A stretch of 64,000 bases of DNA from Cycas panzhihuaensis (taxonomy: Eukaryota; Plantae; Cycadophyta), in assembly GCA_023213395.1 (NCBI GenBank), contig CM041465.1:191401741-191465740 (forward strand). The letters run 5' to 3'. Under the pieces are notes generated by a model that worked only from the letters and a program-made list of their open reading frames with translations, ran no database searches and was not told the origin of the DNA. The position numbers were made by a program, and so were the translations under genes. Numbering within the stretch: position 1 is the stretch's first letter; each line of letters opens with the position of its first letter. Of the stretch, positions 26,556-39,446 are shown one piece after another.

Positions 26556-27512
26556 ATATAATCCAAGAATGAAGGACAAAACACCAATTGCAGACCATCT
26601 GAACGAGTTCAACACACTGATTAACAAGCTAAGTTCAATGGAAGTGAAGATCGAGGAGGCAGATAACGCTGCAACCCTACTTTGTTCACTACCGAACTCA
26701 TGGGACCAGCTGGTGATGATGCTCAACAATGCAAATCCTTCTGGGACCTTCGTTTACAACAATGCGGTGGCCACATTGTTGGAAGAGGAATCAAGGCAGA
26801 AGACATCTCAAAGTGGGTCTTTTAGTGATGCCCTATTTGTAAAGGGCAAGACCATGGAAAGAAATCAATCAAGTAGATCTCATTCCAAGTCGAAGTCTAA
26901 GATGCGAGAAAGGGGGAAATGTTGGCATTATGGGAAGTCTAGACATTTCAAGAAGGATTGCAAGCTACTAAAAGCAATAGCAGGAAAAACCAATTCACAA
27001 AGCTCAAATGCAAACTTAGTTAAAAATTCAAGATCACAGGAAGATGGGGAAATGATTTCAACAAAACTCTCGAGAATAGTTGTTGCACATATGGCTATTG
27101 GACTTAGGGGGCTCATTCCATATGACACCACACAGAGGTTGGTTCTCCTCATACCAGCCATGTGATGGAGGCATAGTCTACATGGGCAACAACAACTCAT
27201 GCAAGGTTGTAGGAGAAGGAGAAGTCAAGCTAAAGAAGTATGATGGAGTTGTTCATACCATTCAAAGAGTTTGCCATGTTCCAGGGCTACAGAAGAACTT
27301 GCTATCTTTGGGTAAGTTTGATGACCTAGGCTATAAATATAATGGTCAGAAAGGCTATTTAAAGGTCTCTAAGGGAGCTCTAGTAGTGATGAAGGCCGAG
27401 AAATATGAACACAAACTGGATAAGCTGATTGGAGATACTATAACCAGGGAGGCTACAATGGCAACAACAAGTGACATGGATTCAGTAACTTTGTGGCATC
27501 AACGCCTGGGCC

Positions 27513-27516
<4 letters not shown>

Positions 27517-27555
<39 letters not shown>
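27517..27555 (+). repeat. (GA)n microsatellite inside copia pol
   Basis: Directly visible; lies immediately after the codons for RLGHM. Confidence 0.98.
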
Positions 27556-27556
<1 letters not shown>

Positions 27557-30500
27557 AAGGATTAAAGATACTACGCAATAGGAACCTTCTGTTAGGTTTA
27601 AAATCTCCTAATCTCAGTTTTTATGAACATTGTCTGTTTGAAAAACAGAATAGGCTCCAATTTGCTAGATGCACTACTAAAATTTAAATTTTTTGCAATT
27701 GTTACATTCAGATTGTTTAGACCTGCACCCCTAGCTACATTAGGAGGGTCACTATATTTTGTGCCATTTATTAATGACTACTCTCGTAATGTATGGTTGT
27801 TTCTTGTCAAGAAGTCAAATGTATTAAACTGTTATAAAAAACTAAAGGCTCTTATAGAGAAACAAATGGGTAAGAGCATTAAGTGTCTCAAGACAGACAA
27901 TGGAGGAGAGTTTTGCTCAAAGGAATTTGATCAATTTTGCATGAGCATGGAATAGGCAAGAAGAAAACAATTCCCGACACTCCACAACAAAATGGGATAA
28001 CTGAGAGGATGAACCATACCATTATGGAGCGTGCCAAGTGTATTCTCAGCACTGTTGGTTTGGGGCAAAAATTTTGGGTTGAGGTTGTAAATACAGTTGC
28101 TTATCTAATCAATAGGTCACCCACTACAACTCTAGATAGGTAGATTCCTAAAGATGTATGAACAAGAAAACCTATTAATTATTCCTATTTAGTTGTCTTT
28201 GATTGTGATGCTTACGCCCATGTCTTAAAGGAACAAAGGTCCAAGCTAGACGCAAAGTCCAAAAGGTGTATTTCTCTTGGCTATGGTGATGGAACAAAAG
28301 GGTACAAGTTGTGAGATACTATTTCCTACAAGCTTATCATTAGTCGAGATGTGGTATTTAATGAGAAATCCATGCAGAAAGTAGAAGAACAACAAACAAT
28401 AGTTGTTGTACCTACTAAGAAAATAAAAGTGGAAGATGATGTTGTAGAAAAAAATGAAAAATCAAGAACCTAAACAACAGAATATCGTGACTGAATAGGA
28501 AGAATAGCAACATGAGCAGCCACAGGTTGATGCATCTCATTGGGTTAGGAGATCCACTAGAATATCCAAACCACCCGAAAAGTATGCTCATGATGCACAG
28601 TCAACTTTTGCATTAGTTACTGATGTTGGTGAGTCTAGCTCATTTCAGGAAGTTTATGAGGCTGAAGATGCAAGCAAATAGAGAATTGCCATGGAGAAGA
28701 AAATGGAGGCCCTAAGTAAAAACAACACATGGGAGTTGATGGAATTGCTCGTAGGTCGCTAGGCCATAGGAAATCGATGGATCTCGAAGCTAAAAAGGGA
28801 TGTTGATGGCGCAATTGAACAACATAGAGCTCGATTGGTGGTTAAGGGGCATGCACAAAATTCAAGTATACATTTTGATGAGATCTATTCCTTAGTTGTA
28901 CATCTAAATACTGTTAAAGTTGTGTTGCCTTTGGTTGCTTCCCTTGACCTTGAATTAGAGCAGTTTGATGTGAAGACAACCTTTTTGCATGGTAACCTCA
29001 CTGAAGTGATTTATATAGAGCAACCGAAAGGTTTTGTGATAAGAGGTAAAGAAAATCTTATATATAAGTTGAACAAATCGCTATATAGTCTCAAACAGGC
29101 ACCAAGATGTTGGTACAAACAATTTGATTCCTTCATGATGAGTTTAGGATTTAGCAAACGCAAAGTTGATCATTGTGCTTACTTTAAAAGATATGATGAT
29201 GACAGTTTCATTATTTTGTTATTGTATGTTGCTGACATATTGGTTGCAGGCCCCAACATGGATAAAATTATCAAACTTAAGGCCCAGTTGGCTAGGACAT
29301 TTGAAGTGAGTCCACTACAGGATATGTGTTCACTCTTGCAAAAGGAGCAATCAGTTGAATATCAAAACTATAGTTTGTGGTGGCATTATCTACTACAGAA
29401 GCAAAATATATGGCAACAACACAAGCCTGTAAGGAAGTGATATGGCTCGACAAATTATTGGGAGAACTGTAAATCAAGCTGAATACAATTGTTTTACATT
29501 GTGACAGTCAAAGTGCCTTACACTTAGCAAAAAACCCAGCATTTCATGCTAGGACAAAGCATATATATGTGCAATATCATTTTGTATGTGACATTGTAAC
29601 GAAAGAACAAGTCTTATTGTAGAAGATACATACTGATGACAACTCAACAGACATGTTGACAAAGCCGATTGGAAGGAAGAAGTTTATCTAGTGCAAAACT
29701 CCTCTGGAACCACATATAATAGGATGATGACCAGCATGTGCATTGGTCTCTTAAAAGGAGTAGGTAATAGCATAATTTATAATTGATTTCAACCGGAAGA
29801 ATGTTCAATATGAAGCCAATTCCAGTTTCTAACATGATGACTATACAGCTAATGTGTAAAATTCTCCTCGAGCAAAAAGCAAAAAGAAAAAAAAAAACAA
29901 AAAGTAAAAAAAGCAAAAGCTACTTCTTGTTTTTTGGCGTGGCTTTTTAGCGCAATTTTGGAGTTGATGTTTTTCTTGTATAAGTCTGATCAAGTTGTTG
30001 TATCCATGATATGAACAAAAAAAAGGGTGTACTTATGATCTTGTTGCTAATAAAGGAGAGACCTTTACCCGGTGGTTTTTTTACCTTGGCACTCTACCAG
30101 GGTTTTTCACATAAAAAAATTGTGTTGTTCTCTTGTACTCTCTCTTGGCTTCATTGCTTGTTTAGTGTTTGTGCATTATTACTTTCCTCTTACATAAGAA
30201 AGGTTTTTTGATAATCTGTCAACAGAATGATTATGGCCAAAGATCCTTAACATGCTCTTAAACTATCAATAATCTCTCAAGCATATGATTATGAGCAAAG
30301 ATCCTTGATTCCTTAGCATGCTCTTAGGTTGTTGAGAGCAAGCCTACAAAAATAAGATGCACTAATCTAAGTTGCCCATTGTATAGCTAAAACGAGCCCC
30401 TATTGCACACGATTATGGTGGCACCCATTGGCCAAAAGTATCTAGCCACAAGGTTCACAGTTCTCTTAACATTGCCTCTTCTCATTTATTGGTTGGAATG

Positions 30501-31509
30501 CTGCTACATTGGTAGCCAACAAGATATGATCCCAAACACTTGCTCTTGCTTGGAATATTTTCAAGGCACAAGCCTTGTTTGCCATATAAAAGCTGAGAGA
30601 TGCTATTATTTTCCAAACGCATCTCTTTCAATTTTGTTAACTAACCAAATGAAAACATATGTGATTGGTGCTAATGCACATAGAGTCCAATTGGAAATGA
30701 CTCACCTACTTCACTTGATTAATCATTTGGGATTATCCCCTTACATATAAACAAGGTTCCACCTAAAGAAAATAGCATAGTCCAAAGAAATTACAATACA
30801 GGCATGAGCCAAAAGCAAAGGAACAAATTAAGAGGAAGACTTACCACAAAAGGGGCAGGTGGAAAACTACATCATATACCTTCCCCAACCCCAACGAGGA
30901 AAATCCCAAAGCACCAAGATTGTTGAGCTTGCAAGTTTGTGGACTCCAAGATTTAAAGAACCTAGTTCATCCCTTTAAAAACAAGGTCCGCAAATACGAG
31001 TTCGATAAATTTTTTAAATTAAAAATTATTTAAAAAATCATAGGTATTGAAAATAATTGTTAAACATATACACAATGATACATAAACAATTATGTACACA
31101 AAAATAAAAATAAAACAAATTGATACAATAATGTGTTAAAAATCTAAGATTAATAATTAATCATTAAACAATAAACACATACACAAGGGCACACTAAACA
31201 ATTATAATGAAAGTCAAATGGAGCATTATTATCACGTTATGATGTTCATGTACAAAATGACAAATGTCAAAACCATAAACTAATAACATGAAATTGAAAA
31301 TGTATGCACAAATAAAGGACCATATATCCTCAATTATCATCAATAATGCCATTATGCCTATTCTACTCAATGATATCTTCGTGAGAAAACTGCCAACTTA
31401 CAAAAGGCCCCTCAACGTAACCCTTGTCCTTGCAAGATGAGAGTTGAAGAGTAACGTGGATGTAAATTGGGTTCTCCACCATTGTTACATACAATCAACC
31501 TCTCCTCGT

Positions 31510-33345
31510 TGTAGCAGAAGCTTTTAACTTATTTCGGAAATAACACAGAGATTCATCAATACTGGTCTAATATAGGCTCAAACAAATTGCCTCAATCTCA
31601 AATAATAATGACTATTGGAAATTCACCATAACACCAAAGTAAAGTAATGAAAACAGTACAAATAAAAGGTAAATATATTGTTCAAAATAACACTGGAAAG
31701 TACAAAAATATACAACAAAATATCCCTATTGAATGCTTGTCCTTCGAGGCGAGAATCCTCCAACTATCTCAGGCCAAAAAGGCCAAGCTAACTGCAGCCC
31801 TAGAACCGGAAATGTGAAGAGATCCAATTGAAAATGATGGTCCAAAATGAGGGCTTTGATCCCTATTTATAATGGTCAATTATTATCCTGCTTGAAGTCA
31901 GCCAAAATTAAGACAGTTCACTGGGAGTGAACCATTAATGAAGTCGGCCAGAAGACTGGCTTATAGGTTGGCTAATATTCCTGCATTTATTTTTGGGGGG
32001 TTTAAGTTAGTTGACAGGCCCTTAAAGAAAGAGTTTTCTTGGAACACACCAAGTCCCCCCCTTGAACAAATGCTTTGCCTTCAAAGCATTGGTAGCTTTG
32101 GAAATTGTTGTATCCATTTATCTGACTCCCATGTCGCATCTTCTATATCCAATGTTCGCCATTTTATGAGGTACTCTTTGACTTGTCATGTGCAAAGTTG
32201 CCTGCTGCGAATTTGGAGTATCCCTTCTGGTTCCAGTATTATCTGTCCTTCTTCATTGAGTTCTGGCAAAGATGTTTGTGGGACTATTTTGTCATCGATC
32301 TTTTTCTTCAGGAATGAAACATGTAAAGTATTATGGATCTTGCTTGTTGTCAGTAACTTAAGTTTGTAGGCTACTTCCCCGATTTTGTCAAGTATTTGAT
32401 ATGGTCCAAAATATCGAGGAGCGAGCTTTTGTGTCTTCATCTTGCTCAATGACGTTTGTTTGTATGGTTGCAACTGGAGGAAAACCCAATCGTCTTTCTT
32501 GAAGCTCCTTTCAGATTGTTTTGCATCTGTTTGTTGCTTCATTTTGTTCCTTGCCATTGCCAAATTATCCTTACGAATTCTAACCGTGTCTTCCATATGC
32601 TTTTGGTGTTCTTGGACAACTTGAACCTGGGATGATCCATTCCATGTCAATAGAGACGGCGGTTGGTACCCATAAAGAGCCTGGAATGGTGTCATCTTGG
32701 TGGTATGTTGTATTATACCACCACTCGACTAAGTGAAGCCACTTGTGCAAATGTTTTTGTTTATCTGAGCAGAAATTCCTCAACTAACCTTCCAAACATT
32801 TGTTGACTATCTTTGTCTGTCCATCTATTTAGGGATGATACGTTGTGCTCATGTGCAATTTTGTACCTGCAATTCTGAATAAATCCTTCCAAAATTTACT
32901 AGTGAACTTTGGGTCCCTATCGCTAATAATAGTTTTAGGAAACCTGTGTAGTCTATGGATTTCTTTCATATATAGTTCTACAACGTCACTTGCCTTTGTT
33001 GTTGACTGTAGTCCTCGAAAATGACTATACTTTGTTAATCTATCAATCATGACAAAGATCGCATCTTTACCTTCTGATTTTGGGAGACCTATAATAAAAT
33101 TCATTGAAATTTCTTCCCAATTTTTGTTGGGAATTAGTAGGGTTTGTAGGAGACATGGGATCTTTACACATTCTACCTTGTTTCATTGACAAGTATCACA
33201 TTCTGTCACAAATTTTTGAGTGTCTGATTTCAAGCCCTTCTAAAAGTAAAATGATTTTATCTTCCGATATGTCTTGTCTATACTAGTGTGGCTTGCTTCT
33301 GGGACCAAATGTGCTTCTTGCAATATAATTCCCTTTAATTTGGAA
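31510..33345 (-). mobile_element. 3' fragment of a Ty3/gypsy chromovirus-type element (integrase, GPY/F, chromodomain, PPT, 3' LTR ~31510-32051)
   Basis: MNFIIGLPKSEGKDAIFVMIDRLTKY, IISDRDPKFTS, TPFQALYG, KLAPRYFGPYQI and a chromodomain-like EYLIKW..DATWES region; PPT (tcccccccttga on +) at 32054-32065. Confidence 0.9.
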
Positions 33346-34400
33346 TTTTTGAGAATAACAATGGCATACTTCCACAAAGGATGTTTAACATGGATGAATG
33401 CACTCCTTGAGCCATCCATGATGCTATGTTGCTCCTATCTCTATGTAACATTGGATATGGAAACCTCTCTTCTCGATTTCTCCTCTAAAACCCAACTCAA
33501 AATTCTCAAGAGAGGCATAGGGTAGGGTGAGGGAAATTGCTCAAATGAGCTCCAAAAATCTAAAATCAAGTTTATGGGGCTCACAACCTATTCAATCAAG
33601 TTAATAAAAGTATATGAATAGGTGTTCTTTTTTTAGATAATTTTTACACCCCCCCCCCTTTTCGGGTGGAGCTTTTTGGGCCATGGCTTTGTCAAACACA
33701 ATCAAGAATCCCCAAATTGAGTTCAAGTTTAACTCAAGTTGTCGGGTTCACAAACTCAACAACACTACAAAGCACAATATTGAGGATTATGCACAACCTC
33801 ATGTTGAGCCCAATGCTTGCACAATTTGGACCTTGAGATTGTTTGTTTCTTTCTTTTTTAATCTTTTTTGAGGGCGGGGATGAGAGAATTGTTAGAGAAA
33901 CTTCCAAATGGTCCACTCGTAATGAAATGATGCTCTCGATCGGTCATTGTATCTTGTGATTATGGTATGTTAAGGAAGTGGATATTTGTTGTCATCTATG
34001 TAAATTCACTTTTGCGTTATTTCAAAACTTATGATGCAAATGTATATAATTTGTCTAAATGGGTCCTATTCACCTATCAAATTGCTAAGAAGTCCTTTTT
34101 TTGCTACCCTTTTTGTTGTGATTATATGCAATTCCTCAAATTAATGGAACCATACTTTCAACCAAAAAAAGTAAAAAGAAAAATAATGTCAAGTATTAGA
34201 AAATCTTGAACTCAAGTTCAATAATTAAAAAGACTATGGAATGCCATATTGAAAGCTAAGACAATGGTCTTTTAATAAAATTAAATGGGATATTTTACAA
34301 ATAACCTATCCAACGAATCCCTACTTCCACTCTAATAATAGAGTTGATTTTAAGGGGACGGAGAATAGCAATTGTGTTTCCTTGATTACTATGTCTAAAA

Positions 34401-34902
34401 TGTTGGATATGAAGCCAATTCTAATTTCCAACATGATGATTGTACAGCTGATGTGTAGAATTCTCTTCGTGTTGAGTGTTGTGTCATGCACAAAAAATTG
34501 TTAGGGGGCCTAGGGGGGCAGACTATTGCCCCCCTAAACAACTGAAAGCTGCTTGCAACCATAAGTTGTTCCGAATATGATCAATAAGCTGCAGACAGAG
34601 CAAAAAAATTGCTTTTTGCTTTTTTGGCACAATTTTTTGGTGCACTTTTTTGGCACAACTTTTTGGCACGGTTTTAGAGTTAGTGTTTTTCTTATACAAG
34701 TTCGAACAAGTTGTTCTATTTAGATGGACAAAAAAATTCTGATCTTATTGCTAATAAAGGAGAGACCTTTGCCCAATGGTTTTTTACCTTAGCACTTTAC
34801 CAGGGTTTTCCACGTAAAAATCTGTGTTGTTCTCTTGTACTCTCTCTTGGCTTCATTGTTTAGTGTTTGGTGTTTGTGCATTGTTATTATTTTTTTCTTT
34901 CA
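34401..34902 (+). mobile_element. Solo LTR related to the LTRs at 20524-20851 and 29802-30194
   Basis: TG...CA termini, TSD taaaa (34396-34400)/taaag (34903-34907); colinear with 29802-30194 apart from an extra ~120-bp internal segment. Confidence 0.9.
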
Positions 34903-35861
34903 TAAAGAGTAGATCAAAAGTTGATCTTTTGTTCTTAAACAATGTTTAAATTACTATTGATTTTATGAAGGCAAATAACATTAAATCCTCAAATAGGAAG
35001 ATCTATCAAGTCATTGCCATAGAGAAAATGATTTGATGTGTCTAGGCTGCCAACATTTATTTCAGACACTTAATTTCTGATTTTTGGGGCATGAAGCAAC
35101 ATAACATTTATACTAACATAGGAAATGCCATGATGGACTTGTTTTGGACACAATGCCTTACAATGTTCTTTGGGATGGATTTTGGCTTCAAATTTTGCCC
35201 TTCAATAACTACCTTGAAAAGGTCACCTTTGGATCCTCAAATATGTGATATTGAGCTTAACAAATGCATACAGTCAGGATACACTACTAACATCATAGAG
35301 AGATACTATTACTATAAAAAAGCCATACATTTATGTTGTGTGCAAATATTTTTAATTTTAGATGAAAACACACTTAATGAAAATGAATATAAAAAGCAAA
35401 TCCTATGTTATCCATATCACCTTGAACGTGGATGGCAAAAAGTCTCTAACCATGGACTCTAGTGGGTTTATAAGCCTTAGAGCCATGAAAACCGTGGTGA
35501 GAGAGGTCGTGTTCATCTTGTGAGGTCTAGTTGACCTTAAATTCTCCATCCAAACGTATCATATTATTATTCTATGCCAGACAAGGAATATTTATTATTA
35601 TTCTGAATTAGCCAAAAAATATTGTATTGTTATTCTAGAATGTTCTGGGGAGGTCAACCCTACTTGAAAGCCGTGTGGACACAATTACAAGCGGGCACCC
35701 ACATCATCATTCTGCCTTGAATATCTCAAATCTTATTTAGCCATGAGGTCATTCAACAAGGGGACAGAAAGATCTATAGGATAGATCCTTGCATGCATAC
35801 AGAGAAGCAATTGAAGGTTGTATTTGGATTGCAGCAGTATGATACTGGACTTCATACTTTT

Positions 35862-36063
35862 CAGACAATATCTATTAAGCTAGTTGTTGGGAGTATTGTT
35901 CTTTTCCTAATGTTTAGCATTAACAATATTCCAATTCTATGTTCAGTATGTATGCATAGGCAGACAATATCTATTAAGCTAGTTGTTGGGAGTATTGTTC
36001 TTTTCCTAATGTTTAGCATTAACAATATTCCAATTCTATGTTCAGTATGCATGCATTGGCAGA
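35862..36063. repeat. 99-bp tandem duplication in intronic DNA
   Basis: cagacaatatctattaagc... starts at 35862 and 35961; two differences seen. Confidence 0.95.
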
Positions 36064-36325
36064 GAGGCTTTTTTGGCTAATCTAAGTCTGCAGGATGATA
36101 AGAACACAGAAGTGCAACAATGTTGGATGCAGCCAAACATTGTTACAGATGTACCGGTAGCAGAGACCCAGGCTCAAACCCTGACAAGAGCAGCAGTTGC
36201 AGCAAAAAATTCACAACAGGAAGACAAAATAACATACCAGCAATTACAGACTTACAAGAGAAATTTCCAGATAGTTCCCACACAAAATATGCAACAGTAC
36301 AACAGAAAAATTTTTGCGGTTACAA

Positions 36326-36897
36326 CCTAAGAATCCAGGATACGTCTCAGATACATGGATACTGGAGTACCAACAGGATATGGTCTGGATACCTATCCTG
36401 ATTCATACCCAGGTCATAAAGAGGGAGGATGACCCTTTTTAATATGTTCTTAAAAAAGACAGACATTAAAAAATAAATTTAAAAAACAATTCACTAACCT
36501 AACATGTCATTTGACACATTTGTGCTGCATCCATCATTTGCATTCAAGTCATGCATGCTACCGTTGCATTGTGTAACAAGATTCCAACTCCCAATTGTCA
36601 TGTTTTGTCTTTTATAATAATGTATAGATGATAATGCTCATGCAGTCATCAATGAATCATGCTTATTTGATTAACTCATAAGTTCTAGATTGTTTAATAC
36701 TTAATATTTAGGTATGTATGATAAATGATAATTGACTCATAAATTTATAATATTGGTTTTGGATTTGATGGATGTCAGATGACTTCTTTCATATGTGTTT
36801 TTTTGAAAACCCTAATTGTATCGTATACCCATATCCTGAAATATTTAGAATTGGCATATCTTATCTGGTCATGCTCCCACATTTCTTGCTACCCAGG
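36326..36897. mobile_element. Possible old hAT-type MITE
   Basis: Clustered GGATAC motifs at the left end and GTATC/TATCC motifs at the right end, AT-rich core, weak terminal inverted similarity, candidate 8-bp TSD ggttacaa/ggtcacaa. Confidence 0.35.
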
Positions 36898-39446
36898 TCA
36901 CAATATAACCAATTCCAAAACTACAACAGAAAATTTTCAAAAGTTTCAGCATTAATCTTTAAGATAATTACAGCAGTAATTTTCAGCCAATTGCAACAGA
37001 AATTTTCCACAGTTACAGATGCTAGAAGATACTGGTTGGACGCAGCCACAGGAGACAGATTTCTAAACAATTGAGTTTTGGGCGTGTAATTTGTTTTCTA
37101 AAATACCGTACATAGAACCAGAAACCAAAAATAAAAGCCAAAGACTCATTAGTGCAAGGATGGATTCAAAATGGAAGGAAAATCTGAGCAGGCAAACACT
37201 GATCCTTTGACAGAAATGATGCTGCAAATAATTCAAGATAATCAACAACAACAAGACACTGCTGATAGGCAGGCCAAGGTAGACCAAGAGTCTAAACAAG
37301 ACAGAGGTAGATGAAAGGCAAGCCAAAGAAAAGTAAAAGGCTGCCAAACAGGACCAAGAGGTTGCATAGAAGACCAACAGGTTGCATAGAGTAGGATAAA
37401 GACAACCAAGAGGCAACAAACAGAAGGGATAAAGATGCAAAGGTTCATCACCCAGTTCTCTTGTGTAGTCTTGTTCAGGTTCAGCACGCCAAGAGTTTTT
37501 ACCTCCAAAACAGAGCCAGCAAGCTGTAATCCTAATGAATTAAATGGTAGGCAAAAAAAATGTGATCAGACATGTATGGCAACAAGATGTTCCACCAGAC
37601 ACTCATCATGGCACCTGCATTTTGAGAATTTTTTTTAGAACAGTGAAAAATACTGGTAATGTAGACAAGGCAAATGTCAACTTAGCATCCATCAACTTAA
37701 GTTTTGAATGGCAAAACCCAAACATGGTTACCTTACTATGTTTGACAACAAATCAGCAATACCCTCATAATGAATCAAAGGCACTCAACTTGGATCACTT
37801 AACAGAGGCACCCAAGGCCCATCTCGTCATACCATAGGGACTTCACTCAACAATTGAAGAAGCTGGCAGGGAACTCTTGAGAGGCTATGAAGCACCATAC
37901 AAACATGCCCATGACTCATGAATGTGTTAGAAGCCCAGATAACATAATAGCAAAACACTTTCCCATGGAGCCCACAAATGCAATTGAAATGAAGGTACAA
38001 ATGCAACATTATGATTCCATGACACAAGCAATGACAGTGGCAAAAAGTTATGCCAATATGGAAACAACCCTAACAACCAGTCAATATATCTTTGCTAGGG
38101 AATAATTATTCATTACAGAGCCATGGCAAGGCCTCCCCTCCCTAAAAGTACAACGGGTCGTGAACGAAAAAGTGAGATTCAAAATTGGATTTCTTTCTGG
38201 GGAAAACAAAACAACAACTTCAAGCTATCTTACAATTTAAGATGAACAGCAGCAGAAAGAGGAGAACTATTTTCATTGTCGCGGTATATAATACCTCAAG
38301 CAATATCACCCGCTTAAGGCAGAGACAGCAAAGATGACAAATAAATGTTGCAGCAGAAACAATATTTGAGATTCAGAAAATAGGGCAGTTTGCTTAACCC
38401 CAACCCAAAACCAACTGGGATAAAACCAACCAAACTCCTTGGAGGAGAACTAATGCAATACTATACGGTATACACAGAACTGAGGGAAGTAGTTTGTGAT
38501 ATTGTTTGACATGTGCTGTGATGAAGACCACATCTCAGAAGACATTGCAGCCAGGCTGAAGCTCACATCTGCAAAAGGTGATCCACCTTCACTGGCTTTA
38601 CCTTGAGGGTTAAGAAAAGCACACTTCAACAAAGGTACCTGGGTTCCAATTTTATATTCACTTGCAAAGAGCGGTGATGCTTATGTTACCCTGCTTAGAG
38701 GAGAAAATAATATGTGCTAACAATCGATTTCATCGGTGTCACACAATCATAGGTTAGAAGGATCATTTCCTTACATTTATAGAAGCTAATTAACGACAAC
38801 TCGTGATTCATGAGTGAAAGGGTCGAAGGCAAATCCCTTTAGACTCACATATTCAAGCTAACACAGTGGTAAAGGCAACCATCGGTTACCCACTGAGCAT
38901 GACCACCGTCAAGTCATTGCGTGAGGTGGTTGTTAGAGAAAACAGCCATCGTTGGTATCAAGGATCGGAGATTGGATGTTTATTAACATCCAAAAGCAAC
39001 GATTGAATCAAATTCATCTTGCAGTCCTGAAACTCTCATATCGACGTCACAGGCATCTTCCATGAACAACAAGAATAATTGTTGATATGCCCCAAAAAAG
39101 GGAGACGGCATTTGTCAACCGATGATAACAAGTTCAATCTTCCCGGAATACTCCCATGTGCATGCAATGTAAGCCTCGCCGCCATCGGCAAGCTGTACTG
39201 GAAAATAGGCAGCGAGCACTAATCAATTAGGGAGGTCTACGAAGTTTTCCTTTTCAAATAATCTGTAAAATCCTAAATTATAGGTCCCATAGTCGGCTGT
39301 GAACTAAAACACTGTTTTGGAAAACTGGAGCTCGAATCGCCTCGAGAGCTCGGCTTATCGGTTACCTCTTGAACCTAAATCCTACATTACAACCCGAATG
39401 AAAAACAAGAAATTATAAGCAGGTTATCTACAAGGAATAAACATAC

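Larger units (their letters stand above)
20524..30194 (+). mobile_element. Decayed Ty1/copia element (Tork/Tnt1-like), interrupted in gag by a nested copia
   Basis: 5' LTR 20524-20851 (lacks first ~57 bp) matches 3' LTR 29802-30194; gag starts at 20918 (RFEIEKFDGSNF) and resumes at 26561 (RMKDKTPIADHLNEFN); protease WLLDLGGSFHM; LWHQRLGHM; integrase TDNGGEF/TPQQNG; RT DVKTTFLHG/LKQAPRCWY; RNase H NPAFHARTKH. Confidence 0.92.
1..39446 (-). other. Inferred giant first CDS intron of RAPTOR (>39.4 kb, continues beyond window)
   Basis: GT donor at 39446; by eye, no minus-strand coding for MKTGCVAL/VDPPDV anywhere downstream; non-TE DNA at 35000-39400 is T/G-rich on the minus strand, as in transcribed plant introns. 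Confidence 0.7.

Noticed and set aside
35793-36401. ORFs with repeated hydrophobic or Q-rich peptides
   Set aside because: Products of the 99-bp duplication and intronic strand bias; no coding evidence.
38450-38632. Possible RAPTOR exon 2 or other exon in the proximal intron (also 37827-38105, 35641-35700)
   Set aside because: None translates to MKTGCVAL/VDPPDV or any RAPTOR-like peptide on the minus strand.
39387-39446. ORF track extends RAPTOR by VCLFLVDNLLIISCFSFGL
   Set aside because: Read-through into the intron past the GT donor; RAPTOR similarity stops at KDR.
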